A program made the position numbers and the translations under genes. DNA of 32,000 nucleotides, from positions 30,001 through 62,000 of the forward strand of contig BA000021.3 of assembly GCA_000008885.1 (NCBI GenBank), read 5' to 3'. This DNA is from Wigglesworthia glossinidia endosymbiont of Glossina brevipalpis. Its GTDB lineage: Bacteria > Pseudomonadota > Gammaproteobacteria > Enterobacterales > Enterobacteriaceae. Shown here in pieces: positions 16,485 through 25,039 of the stretch (position 1 is its first letter; the number at the start of each line of letters is the position of its first letter). The notes beneath the pieces were generated by a model that had not been told where the DNA came from, did no database searches, and was given only the letters and a program-made list of their open reading frames with translations.

Positions 16485-17324
16485 ATGAAAATTCCTATAT
16501 CAGATATTTCAAAAGAAAAAGATACTATCAATTTGAATAATCATATAAATCAAATTAATTTAAAAAAAAGAAACATTTTCCAAGAAAAGTTTTTTATTGA
16601 TAATACAGATGATATTAAAAAATATTCTAACGAATTAGAAAATAAAAAAAATGAAAAATTTTTTGAAGAAAACATAGAAAAAAAAAATATATTCAAAGAA
16701 ATAAATAATTCTAATAATTTACAATCTTTAACTGATAATTTCTTAAAAATGATATTAGTACAGATAAAAAATCAAGATCCAACTCATCCTATTGATAATA
16801 ATCATCTTACTACTCAAATGACACAAATGCATACCGCATTAGGAATAGAGAAATTAAATAAATCAATCCAAGAAATAAAACAAACCATGAATAATTCGCA
16901 GTATATAAATTTATCTAATTGGATAGGTAAAACAGTTATGATTGAAGGAAATCCTATAATTTCATTTAACGGAAATACAAATTATGGATTTCAACTTTCT
17001 ACAAAATCTGATAACGTATTTTTAACTTTAACAGATTTAGAAGGAAATATATATAAAGAACAATTTAAAAATTTAAAATCAGGAGTTTATAAATTAAATA
17101 TAAAAAATGCTAATACTAATCCTGCAATAAATGAAAATTTTCCAGAAAGTAGAAAAACATTCAAAGTTAACTTTGAAGCAATAAATAATGATGGAAATCG
17201 TCCTGATATACGATCTTTAAAATCAGAAACAATTAATAATGTAATTTTTAAAAATGGATCTTCTAAGTTATCTTTAGGTAGAGGAAAATTAATTGATTTT
17301 ACAGAAGTAATATCAATAGAATAA
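16485..17324 (+). CDS. flgD: flagellar hook capping/assembly protein FlgD (with a long N-terminal low-complexity extension)
   Basis: 279 aa. The conserved core FLKMILVQIKNQDPTHPIDNNHLTTQMTQMHTALGIEKLN compares with E. coli FLTLLVAQLKNQDPTNPLQNNELTTQLAQISTVSGIEKLN. About 85 residues precede the core, against about 33 in E. coli. Confidence 0.9.
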   Translation: MKIPISDISKEKDTINLNNHINQINLKKRNIFQEKFFIDNTDDIKKYSNELENKKNEKFFEENIEKKNIFKEINNSNNLQSLTDNFLKMILVQIKNQDPTHPIDNNHLTTQMTQMHTALGIEKLNKSIQEIKQTMNNSQYINLSNWIGKTVMIEGNPIISFNGNTNYGFQLSTKSDNVFLTLTDLEGNIYKEQFKNLKSGVYKLNIKNANTNPAINENFPESRKTFKVNFEAINNDGNRPDIRSLKSETINNVIFKNGSSKLSLGRGKLIDFTEVISIE

Positions 17325-17375
17325 AAATTTATTTTTTAAGTATAACTTATATAATTAAAGGTTGAAAATTAAATT

Positions 17376-18608
17376 ATGAGCTTTATTCAAGGAATAAACG
17401 GAATTAACTCAGCCGCACAGGCTTTAGATGTAATTGGAAATAATATTGCAAATTCTCAAACTATAGGATTTAAATCTTCTTACGTATCATTTTCAGATAT
17501 ATTTTCAGGATCTATGGTAGGTTTAGGATCTCAATTATCAAATGTAACACAAAACTTTGCAAGTGGATCTATGGTTACTGGATCAAAAAATCTTGATATG
17601 GCTATTTCTGGAAATGGTTTTTTTAGACTATCTGATTCAGGAGGTAAAATTTATTTCACAAGGAATGGAGAATTCAAGCTAAATTCTCATAGACAAATTG
17701 TAAATTTACAAAATAAATTTCTTACTGGATACCAAGCAAGAGGTAATCCTCCGTCTATAGACTCTGGATCTTCAATAGAAAATATTATTATTCCTAGTAC
17801 TTCTATGAATCCAGTTGTTTCTACAGAAGGGGAAATACATGGAAATTTAAAATCTGACGTTGATGTTCCTAAAAATTCAATTTTTAATATTAAGAATCCA
17901 AAAAGTTATAATTTTACTACTCAATTAGAAGCATATGATAGTTTAGGCAAAAAGCATGTAATTAAAATTTTTTTTGTAAAGCAAGAAGCTCAAGGAAATT
18001 GGATGGTTCATGGATACGATGAAACATCACCTATTGTTGATGACAGTAAAAATATTAAAACTAATCCTATTTTAATTTCATTTGATGAAAATGGTAATTT
18101 AAAAAAATCAGAAAATAGCAATAAATATATTAGTATTGATGGATCTAGCCTAGATGGATCCGATCCATTAAAAGTAGAAATAAATTTAGAGGAGATGACT
18201 CAATACAGCTCAGATAATCAAATAAATTATCAAAAAATAAATGGGCATGGTGTAGGGAAATTTAATGATTATAATGTTAGCGATTCAGGAAAAATAATTG
18301 CTAATTATAGCAACGGACAAACTCAATTAATAGCTCAAATAGCAATGGCTAACTTTACAAACAACTTAGGTCTAACTCCTAATGGAGAAAATTGTTGGTT
18401 GGAAAGTGCAGAATCTGGACCTGCAATTATTGGATTGTCAGAAACAGGAAGTTTTGGAAGAATATCTGGGCAAAAATTAGAATCATCTAATGTAGATATT
18501 AGCAATGAATTAGTTAAAATGATGACTCAACAAAGCAATTATCAATCTAATGCTCAAACAATTAAAACTCAAGATCAACTTCTTCAAATTCTTGTTAACA
18601 TGAAATAA
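17376..18608 (+). CDS. flgE: flagellar hook protein FlgE
   Basis: 410 aa. The N-terminus MSF.QG..G.N.....LDVIGNNIANS.T.GFK, then GNGFF.......G....TRNG.F, and a C-terminus ending LE.SNVD...E.V.M...Q..YQ.NAQ.IKTQDQ.LQ.LVN. These are the standard hook/rod-family termini. Its position between flgD and flgF also fits. Confidence 0.95.
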   Translation: MSFIQGINGINSAAQALDVIGNNIANSQTIGFKSSYVSFSDIFSGSMVGLGSQLSNVTQNFASGSMVTGSKNLDMAISGNGFFRLSDSGGKIYFTRNGEFKLNSHRQIVNLQNKFLTGYQARGNPPSIDSGSSIENIIIPSTSMNPVVSTEGEIHGNLKSDVDVPKNSIFNIKNPKSYNFTTQLEAYDSLGKKHVIKIFFVKQEAQGNWMVHGYDETSPIVDDSKNIKTNPILISFDENGNLKKSENSNKYISIDGSSLDGSDPLKVEINLEEMTQYSSDNQINYQKINGHGVGKFNDYNVSDSGKIIANYSNGQTQLIAQIAMANFTNNLGLTPNGENCWLESAESGPAIIGLSETGSFGRISGQKLESSNVDISNELVKMMTQQSNYQSNAQTIKTQDQLLQILVNMK

Positions 18609-18618
18609 AAGGATATAT

Positions 18619-19359
18619 ATGGATAAAGCAATTTACACAGCTATGAACGCAGCAATATCATATGCTGATAGACATAGCATTAATGCAAACAATTTATCTA
18701 ACATTTCTACTTCTGGTTTTAAATTTCATATTCCATCTTCTAAATATATAACAGTAAGAGGAGATTCTTTTATTACTAGAGTTTTTCCAACTGCAACTAC
18801 ATCAACCCATAATAAAAATCCTGGAAATGTAAACTATAGCGGAAATAATTTAGACGTAGCTATATTAGGAGAAGGATGGTTAGCAATACAATTAGAAGAT
18901 GGATCTGAAGGATATACTAAAAACGGTCATATTAAAATAAATGAAGAAGGCAAATTAACAATTAAAAATTTTCCAGTTATTGGATCAGAAAATGGAGCGT
19001 TAGAAGTAACACCTGGATCAGATTTGACAATAAGTAGTGATGGAACAATTTCTGCTATTGGACCAGGAGAAAGCTCAAAATCAATAACTTCTGTAGGAAA
19101 ATTAAAATTAGCAAAATCAGATTTAAATGATTTAGAATTAAACGAAAATGGAATTTTTATATCTAAAAACAATAAAATATTACAATCTGACGAATCAATA
19201 AGGTTGATTCCAAATGCATTTGAGGAAAGTAATGTTAGCGCTGTTGATTCTATAATTAAAATAATAGATGATTCTAGAAATTTTGAAATGCAAATGAAAT
19301 TAATTAGTAATATAAGCGAAAATTCCAAAATATCAAATCAAATTCTAACAATTAATTAA
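18619..19359 (+). CDS. flgF: flagellar proximal rod protein FlgF
   Basis: 246 aa: [12 protein letters not shown] (E. coli MDHAIYTAMGAA), [32 protein letters not shown].....G.LTI...PVIG, GTISA, and a C-terminus SNV..V......I...R.FEMQMK.I. AAGGA is the SD. Confidence 0.95.
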   Translation: MDKAIYTAMNAAISYADRHSINANNLSNISTSGFKFHIPSSKYITVRGDSFITRVFPTATTSTHNKNPGNVNYSGNNLDVAILGEGWLAIQLEDGSEGYTKNGHIKINEEGKLTIKNFPVIGSENGALEVTPGSDLTISSDGTISAIGPGESSKSITSVGKLKLAKSDLNDLELNENGIFISKNNKILQSDESIRLIPNAFEESNVSAVDSIIKIIDDSRNFEMQMKLISNISENSKISNQILTIN

Positions 19360-19375
19360 AATTTGGAGAGAAATT

Positions 19376-20158
19376 ATGATTCGATCTTTAGCTATTGCTA
19401 AAACTGGTTTGGAGGCTCAACAAATAAATATGGATGTTATTTCAAATAACATCTCTAATGTATCTACTAATGGATTTAAAAGACAAAAAGCTATATTTGA
19501 AGATTTATTATATCAAACAATTAGACAACCAGGAGCAAAATCTTCAGAACAAACTATTTTACCATCAGGTTTGCAATTAGGAACTGGAGTAAATTCTTCT
19601 GCTACTATTAAAATACATTTACAAGGTGGACTTACTAATACAGGAAATGAAACTGATATTGCAATACAAGGGCCAGGATTTTTTCAAGTATTAATGTCAG
19701 ATGGAACAAATATGTATACTAGAAATGGATCGTTTCAGCTTGATCAATATGGACAGTTAGTAACATCTAATGGATATCCTGTTCAGCCATCTATCACAAT
19801 ACCTAATGGATCGTCTAATTTAACAATAAGTAAAGATGGAATAGTAAGTGTAATGGTCCCAGGGCAAACTCAACCACAAGAAGTTGGTCAACTTACAATA
19901 TCTACTTTTATTAATTCATCCGGACTAGAAAGTGCAGGAGAAAGTTTATACAAAGAAACTCAATCTTCAGGATCTCCCGCAGATAATACTCCAGGAATGA
20001 ATGGTGCAGGATCTTTAAAACAAAAATTTGTAGAAAATTCTAATGTAAATATTGCAGAAGAATTAATTACTATGATTCAAACACAAAGAGCTTATGAATT
20101 AAATAGTAAAGTAATTTCAACTTCCGATCAAATGTTACAACGTTTATCACAATTGTAA
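19376..20158 (+). CDS. flgG: flagellar distal rod protein FlgG
   Basis: 260 aa, the same length as E. coli FlgG and highly similar: [62 protein letters not shown] ... NVN.AEEL..MIQ.QRAYE.NSK..ST.DQMLQ.L.QL. Confidence 0.97.
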   Translation: MIRSLAIAKTGLEAQQINMDVISNNISNVSTNGFKRQKAIFEDLLYQTIRQPGAKSSEQTILPSGLQLGTGVNSSATIKIHLQGGLTNTGNETDIAIQGPGFFQVLMSDGTNMYTRNGSFQLDQYGQLVTSNGYPVQPSITIPNGSSNLTISKDGIVSVMVPGQTQPQEVGQLTISTFINSSGLESAGESLYKETQSSGSPADNTPGMNGAGSLKQKFVENSNVNIAEELITMIQTQRAYELNSKVISTSDQMLQRLSQL

Positions 20159-20204
20159 ATTAAAAATTTAAATTGATTTTATAATTTTATTATTAGGTAA
20201 TAAA

Positions 20205-20891
20205 ATGCATTATTTGCGCTATTTTGCAATAGCTTTTTTACTTTTATTAAGTAGTTGTTCTGTAACAAGACATAAACCATTAATAGAAGGATCTACTACA
20301 ACAATTCCAAACACGCCTTCTTCAAATTTTATAAATGGATCTATTTTTCAGCAAGATAATAGTCTTTATTATGGATATCAACCTCTTTTCGAAGATAGAA
20401 GACCTAAAAATATTGGAGATATATTAACAGTATTATTACAAGAAAATGTTAGCGCAAGTAAAAGTTCTTCATCAAATGCAAGTAGAAAGAGTAATGCTAA
20501 TTTAGAAATGAATGCATTACCTAAAATAATAAATAAAATTATTGGAAATGATCAATTATCTACAGACATAAACAGCAACAATGGCTTTAATGGTAAAGGA
20601 GGATCTTCTGCGGCTAATACTTTTAGTGGAACAATTACTGTAACTGTAATAGACATTTTAACAAATGGTAATCTAAAAGTTATTGGGGAAAAAAAAATTT
20701 CTATAAATCAAGGAACAGAATCTATTAGATTTTATGGAATAGTTAATCCAAAAACAATTGATCACAATAACCAAGTTATGTCTAATTTAATATCTGATTC
20801 TAAAATAGAATATATTGGAGATGGATATATAAATGAAGTTCAAAAAATGAATTGGCTACAAAGACTTTTCTTAAATTACTTTCCGTTTTAA
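20205..20891 (+). CDS. flgH: flagellar L-ring lipoprotein FlgH
   Basis: 228 aa with a lipobox LLLSSC at the end of the signal peptide. NGSIFQ.......GYQPLFEDRRP.NIGD.LT..LQENVSASKSSS.NASR ... FNGKGG....NTFSG..TVTV......NGNL.V.GEK.I.INQGTE.IRF.G.VNP.TI ... IEY.G.GYINE.Q.M.WLQR.FLN. These match E. coli FlgH. Confidence 0.96.
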   Translation: MHYLRYFAIAFLLLLSSCSVTRHKPLIEGSTTTIPNTPSSNFINGSIFQQDNSLYYGYQPLFEDRRPKNIGDILTVLLQENVSASKSSSSNASRKSNANLEMNALPKIINKIIGNDQLSTDINSNNGFNGKGGSSAANTFSGTITVTVIDILTNGNLKVIGEKKISINQGTESIRFYGIVNPKTIDHNNQVMSNLISDSKIEYIGDGYINEVQKMNWLQRLFLNYFPF

Positions 20892-20900
20892 GGATAAAAT

Positions 20901-22013
20901 ATGAAGTATATTTTAATAAAATTATCAATTGTTATGATATTTATAATTAATTCGGCTAGTAAAGCAGAACGTATTAGAGATTTAACAACAATTGTTGGAG
21001 TAAGAGATAATGTTTTAATTGGATATGGATTAGTTGTAGGACTTGATGGGACAGGAGATCAAACAACTCAAACTCCATTTACAATACAAAGCTTGAGAAA
21101 TATGTTATCTCAATTAGGTGTGTCTATTCCATCTGGTATAAACATGCAACTTAAAAATATAGCCGCAGTAATGGTGACTGCTAAATTACCTCCTTTTGTT
21201 AAAATTGGGCAAAAAATTGATGTAATGGTTTCTTCTTTAGGAAGCGCAAAAAGTTTAAGAGGAGGTACTCTATTAATTACTCCTTTAAAAGGAGTAGATA
21301 ATCAAATATATGCATTAGCCCAAGGTAATATTTTAGTATCTGGATTTGGAGCTCAATCTGGAGGAAACACTTCTCAAGTTAATCAATTAAATGGTGGACG
21401 AATCAGTGAAGGGGCGATTATAGAAAAATCAATAAAGACTGATTTTGATAAAAGAGAAATAATTACATTGCAATTAAATAATAATGATTTTTCTTTAGCT
21501 CAACAAATTAGTGATGCTATAAATACTTATTTTGGAAAAAAAAGCGCATATCCTACAGATAGTCGTACTATTAATGTAATATTATCGGCTTCCTATGACA
21601 AATCAGAAAAAGTTAAATTTATTGCACGACTTCAAAACATACCAATAATTATTGGTCCATCTGATGCTATAATTGTTATAAATTCTAGAACAGGATCTGT
21701 AGTTATTAATAAAGAAGTTATGTTGAATAGTTGTGCAGTTGCTCATGGAGAACTTACTGTAGAAATTAAAAAAAGAACAAAAGTTAATCAACCTAATACT
21801 ATATTGGGAGGAGGGAGCACTGTAGTAACTCCAGAAACTGAAATTTTAATAAAAAACCAGGGAGATTCATTGCAAGAAATTTCTTCAAGTACAAATTTAA
21901 ATGAAGTAATTTCTTCTTTAAATAGCATAGGAGCTAAGCCTAATGATTTAATGGCTATATTAGAATCTATGAAGTCTGCTGGTTGTTTAAACGCAAAATT
22001 GGAGATAAATTAA
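20901..22013 (+). CDS. flgI: flagellar P-ring protein FlgI
   Basis: 370 aa. A signal peptide ends ...[45 protein letters not shown]...P.G.NMQLKN.AAVMVTA.LPPF and [27 protein letters not shown] follow. The C-terminus is DLM.ILESM.SAGCL.AKLEI. Confidence 0.97.
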   Translation: MKYILIKLSIVMIFIINSASKAERIRDLTTIVGVRDNVLIGYGLVVGLDGTGDQTTQTPFTIQSLRNMLSQLGVSIPSGINMQLKNIAAVMVTAKLPPFVKIGQKIDVMVSSLGSAKSLRGGTLLITPLKGVDNQIYALAQGNILVSGFGAQSGGNTSQVNQLNGGRISEGAIIEKSIKTDFDKREIITLQLNNNDFSLAQQISDAINTYFGKKSAYPTDSRTINVILSASYDKSEKVKFIARLQNIPIIIGPSDAIIVINSRTGSVVINKEVMLNSCAVAHGELTVEIKKRTKVNQPNTILGGGSTVVTPETEILIKNQGDSLQEISSSTNLNEVISSLNSIGAKPNDLMAILESMKSAGCLNAKLEIN

Positions 22014-22014
22014 A

Positions 22015-22317
22015 ATGAATGATAATTTTTTTATTTTGAAAGATATAGATAATTACTCATATAAAAATTTAAATTTATTTAATGACAATATAAATGAAAA
22101 AAAAAAACTAAATTTAGATTTTTCTTCAAATCATATAGAAAGTTTCTTTATAAATTTTATGTTAAAAAGTTCAAAATCTTCTATCATTTCTGAAGATTTT
22201 TTAGAAAATGAACAATCTAAATTATATAAATCTATTTATGATCAAATCATTTCAGACAAAATATCTGATAAAGGTATAGGTTTTAAAAGTTTTTTAGAAA
22301 AAAATTATAAACTATAA
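22015..22317 (+). CDS. flgJ: FlgJ reduced to the N-terminal rod-binding (rod-capping) domain; no C-terminal glucosaminidase domain
   Basis: 100 aa. HIESFFINFMLKSSKSS....DFLENEQSKLYKSIYDQIISDKISDKGIGFKSFLEKN aligns with E. coli FlgJ residues ~38-100 (QVEGMFVQMMLKSMRDA...LFSSEHTRLYTSMYDQQIAQQMTAGKGLGLAEMLVKQ). The ORF stops immediately afterwards. E. coli FlgJ is ~313 aa with a muramidase half. The start is 1 nt after the flgI stop. Confidence 0.85.
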   Translation: MNDNFFILKDIDNYSYKNLNLFNDNINEKKKLNLDFSSNHIESFFINFMLKSSKSSIISEDFLENEQSKLYKSIYDQIISDKISDKGIGFKSFLEKNYKL

Positions 22318-22338
22318 TTTTATTTTTTTTAACAAAAA

Positions 22339-22366
22339 TCAAATTTTTTATTAATTTACCTATAAT
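22339..22366 (+). promoter_or_regulatory. possible flgKL promoter: degenerate sigma-28 pattern overlapping a perfect TATAAT
   Basis: TCAAATTT (22339-22346), 11 nt, ACCTATAA (22358-22365), scoring 6/8 + 6/8 against TAAAGTTT-N11-GCCGATAA with correct spacing. TATAAT at 22361-22366 overlaps it. It lies 40 nt upstream of the flgK ATG. In E. coli flgKL has a FliA promoter at the equivalent place. The A/T matches are weak evidence in this background. Confidence 0.3.
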
Positions 22367-22405
22367 GTTTTTATTAACTTACTATTTAATAGCACTAAGG
22401 TTTAT

Positions 22406-24043
22406 ATGTTTAATTTATACCGTCTTGCTGGAAACGCTTTAAAAGCAGGAGAAATAGCACTGGATACTATTGGAAAAAATATTGCTAATTCTACAAGTTC
22501 TTCTTATCACAAAGAAAAAGCTATTTTATCTGCTTCAGAAGGAAAATTAATTTCTGAAGGATACATTGGAAATGGAGCTCATTATAATAGATTGACCAGA
22601 ATACAAGATGAGTTAATGAGCGAAAAAATGAGATATGCTAATAGTTCATTTTATTATGCTTTTGAAAAAAATAAAAAAATAAAATTTTTAGATTATTTTT
22701 TTAGTGAAAATAATAAATTTTTAGAGGGAGAAATTAATAATGTTTTTGATGATTTAGAATTTATTTCTCAGGAGCCATTTAATGAAATTTACAAAGAAAG
22801 TGCTTTTTTGAATTTTAAATCTCTTAATAATCATTTTAATTTTATAGGAAAAGAAATAAAAGATCTTGAAAATAATATATATAATGAAATAAAATTAAAT
22901 ATTTCTGATATTAATTCTTTGACTTCTCAATTATCTAGTATTAATAAAGAAATATTAAAATCTAAAAATGAAAAAATATCTTTAGATTTATTGGATAAAA
23001 GGGATCAATTATTGTCTGAAATAAGCAAAAAAATAGGAATTTCTGTTAATTTTAATGAAAAAAGTACAGTTAATGTTGCTTTAGAAAATGGATTTTTTTT
23101 GGTTGATAAAGACCAATCTAATGATTTAAAAATCAAAAAATATTTTGAAAATGATTTTTCTTTGTTTTATGAAAATTCTAAAAAAGAATTTATACAAATT
23201 GATTCTGATTCAATACAAAACGGAGAAATTGGTGGTTTAATTTCGTTTTATAACAAAGAAATTCCAATTATAAAAGAAAAAATAAATTTTATAATATTTT
23301 CTTTAGCAAAAAGATTTAATGAAGTTAATAAATCTGGTTATGATTCTAATAAATCTATTGGTCAAGATATTTTTTCTTATAGTTCTTTTAAAAATAAATT
23401 AGGGTTAGAAAATAAAGGAAATTTAGAAATACATGATATAAACACAAAAGATAATAATCATCCAGCAATTTATGAATTATTTTTTCAATCAAATAAATGG
23501 TTTATTACAAAAAAATCAGAAGGAAAAACAACAGAAATACCTTATCAATCATTAGATGAAAATTCAATCAATAAAATAATTTTTGACAAAATTAACTTGC
23601 ATATAAATGGATCTCCTGAAGATGGAGATCGAATTCAAATTAGACATTTATTAGATGTATCTGAAGATATTAAATTAAATTTAATATCTGGTAAAGAAAT
23701 AGCTCATTCAAGTAAAAATGAAAATACAAATAATAATGAAAACTCTTTAAAATTAGCAAACATTCAAAATGAAAAAATAATTAACAATGAAACTTTTACA
23801 GAAAATTATGCAAAGTTTATATCATATGTAGGAGAAACTGCAAATAATATTCAAAGCATAGAAAATAATCAGAAAATAATATTTGATAATATTGTTTCTA
23901 ATTATGAAAATAAAATAGGAGTTAATTTAGACGAAGAATATGTTCAAATAGAATTTTATCGTCAATATTATCATGCTAATGCACAAATAATTAAAGTTGC
24001 ATCTACATTATTTGATTCTTTGTTAAATGTAGTTAGAAAATAA
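22406..24043 (+). CDS. flgK: hook-filament junction protein 1 FlgK (HAP1)
   Basis: 545 aa (E. coli ~547). The N-terminal rod/hook-family segment is A.NALKAGEIALDT.GKNIANS.SSSY. The C-terminus is G.NLDEEYV....YRQ.Y.ANAQ.IKVAST.FDSLLN. The middle is strongly N/K-rich and divergent. The position after flgJ and before flgL fits. Confidence 0.9.
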   Translation: MFNLYRLAGNALKAGEIALDTIGKNIANSTSSSYHKEKAILSASEGKLISEGYIGNGAHYNRLTRIQDELMSEKMRYANSSFYYAFEKNKKIKFLDYFFSENNKFLEGEINNVFDDLEFISQEPFNEIYKESAFLNFKSLNNHFNFIGKEIKDLENNIYNEIKLNISDINSLTSQLSSINKEILKSKNEKISLDLLDKRDQLLSEISKKIGISVNFNEKSTVNVALENGFFLVDKDQSNDLKIKKYFENDFSLFYENSKKEFIQIDSDSIQNGEIGGLISFYNKEIPIIKEKINFIIFSLAKRFNEVNKSGYDSNKSIGQDIFSYSSFKNKLGLENKGNLEIHDINTKDNNHPAIYELFFQSNKWFITKKSEGKTTEIPYQSLDENSINKIIFDKINLHINGSPEDGDRIQIRHLLDVSEDIKLNLISGKEIAHSSKNENTNNNENSLKLANIQNEKIINNETFTENYAKFISYVGETANNIQSIENNQKIIFDNIVSNYENKIGVNLDEEYVQIEFYRQYYHANAQIIKVASTLFDSLLNVVRK

Positions 24044-24077
24044 TCTATTATTAATTTTAATTTAGAGGAAATATTAT

Positions 24078-25019
24078 ATGAATTTGAGCACACGTTTATT
24101 ATACAATAATTATATTAGTAATATATTATATAATACTTCTCAATTTCATGAACTAACATCTAGACTTAGTTCTGGTAAACGAATCATGAAATCTTCTGAT
24201 AATCCACAATGTTTATCAAGTTCTATTATAAATCAAAAAAATATTTCTAAATTAAATAGATTCAATCAAACTAGAAATTATATAAAAAATTTTTTATCTA
24301 AAGAATGCAATGTTTTGCAAAATATAAGCAATTCTCTTTCTATTATTGGAGTAAAAGTAATTAGTATACAACAATCTTTAGGAGATCCATCTGTTTTAAT
24401 CTCAGAATTAAAAAGTCTTAGAAATGAATTAATAATGTTGGCTAATAGCACAGATTTAAATAATAATTATATTTTTTCAGGAAATCATGTTGATAAAACT
24501 CCATTTTCTGAAAAAGAAAACAATGAATATCAAGGAAGTATATATAAAAATAAGTTATTGATTTCAGAAAATTGGAGTATAGAATTAGGGCATATAGGAA
24601 AAGAAATATTCATTAAAAATGAAGAAGAAAATTTATTCCAAAGATTGGATTCTTTGATTAAAGAACTTACACAGTATTCTTTAAAAAAAAGAGAAAATAA
24701 AAATGAATTAGAATTAAATAGTTCATTTCCTAATAAATTAATTAATGAAACAAAAATTTTAATTAAAAAAACAGAAGATAAGGTTTTTCTAGCACAATCA
24801 GAATCTGGGAATTGTCTAAATAAATTAGAAAGATTAGAAGAATCAGAAAAAAATAGCGTAGAACATATTAATGAGATTACACAAAATATGTTAGGCCAAA
24901 ATCATTCAGAATTAATCAAAATAGCATCAGAAATACAAATGTATAAAACTGTAGTATCTTCTTCAATAGAAGTTTTTCAAATAATGAAAAATATGTCTTT
25001 GTTTAATTATTTAAGATAA
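24078..25019 (+). CDS. flgL: hook-filament junction protein 3 FlgL (HAP3, flagellin-like)
   Basis: 313 aa. M.LSTRLLYNN....I...SQF.EL..RLSSGKRI.KSSDNP compares with E. coli MRISTQMMYEQNMSGI...AEWMKLGEQMSTGKRVTNPSDDP. LANSTD.NNNYIFSGN..DK.PF compares with LANSTDGNGRYIFAGYKTEAAPF. Confidence 0.9.
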   Translation: MNLSTRLLYNNYISNILYNTSQFHELTSRLSSGKRIMKSSDNPQCLSSSIINQKNISKLNRFNQTRNYIKNFLSKECNVLQNISNSLSIIGVKVISIQQSLGDPSVLISELKSLRNELIMLANSTDLNNNYIFSGNHVDKTPFSEKENNEYQGSIYKNKLLISENWSIELGHIGKEIFIKNEEENLFQRLDSLIKELTQYSLKKRENKNELELNSSFPNKLINETKILIKKTEDKVFLAQSESGNCLNKLERLEESEKNSVEHINEITQNMLGQNHSELIKIASEIQMYKTVVSSSIEVFQIMKNMSLFNYLR

Positions 25020-25039
25020 ATTTAATTTGAATTAAATTT
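25018..25039. terminator. 10+10 bp perfect A/T palindrome bridging the convergent flgL and fliR stop codons (possible weak bidirectional terminator)
   Basis: AAATTTAATT-tg-AATTAAATTT, with all 10 pairs checked by hand. It includes 2 nt of the flgL TAA and 1 nt of the fliR TGA, and so occupies the entire 19-nt spacer. All pairs are A:T, so predicted stability is low. Confidence 0.25.

Noticed and set aside
18927-19328. 133-aa ORF antisense to flgF, the longest unexplained ORF in the track
   Set aside because: It lies wholly inside, and antisense to, a strongly conserved flgF reading frame. Its translation is low-complexity (L/I/S/F-rich) with no recognisable motif, start context or SD. It is most simply a by-product of flgF codon composition.
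20107-20130. TAAAGTAA ... TCCGATCA near the 3' end of flgG as a FliA promoter for flgH
   Set aside because: The spacing between the two elements is 8 nt rather than 11, and both halves are imperfect. No FliA promoter is known at this position in enterics.
21582-21589. TTATCGGC on the plus strand (a perfect GCCGATAA FliA -10 on the minus strand) inside flgI
   Set aside because: The required -35 position, 11 nt upstream on the minus strand (plus 21601-21608, AATCAGAA, reverse complement TTCTGATT), does not resemble TAAAGTTT. It would drive antisense transcription into flgI/flgH, so it is treated as a chance octamer.
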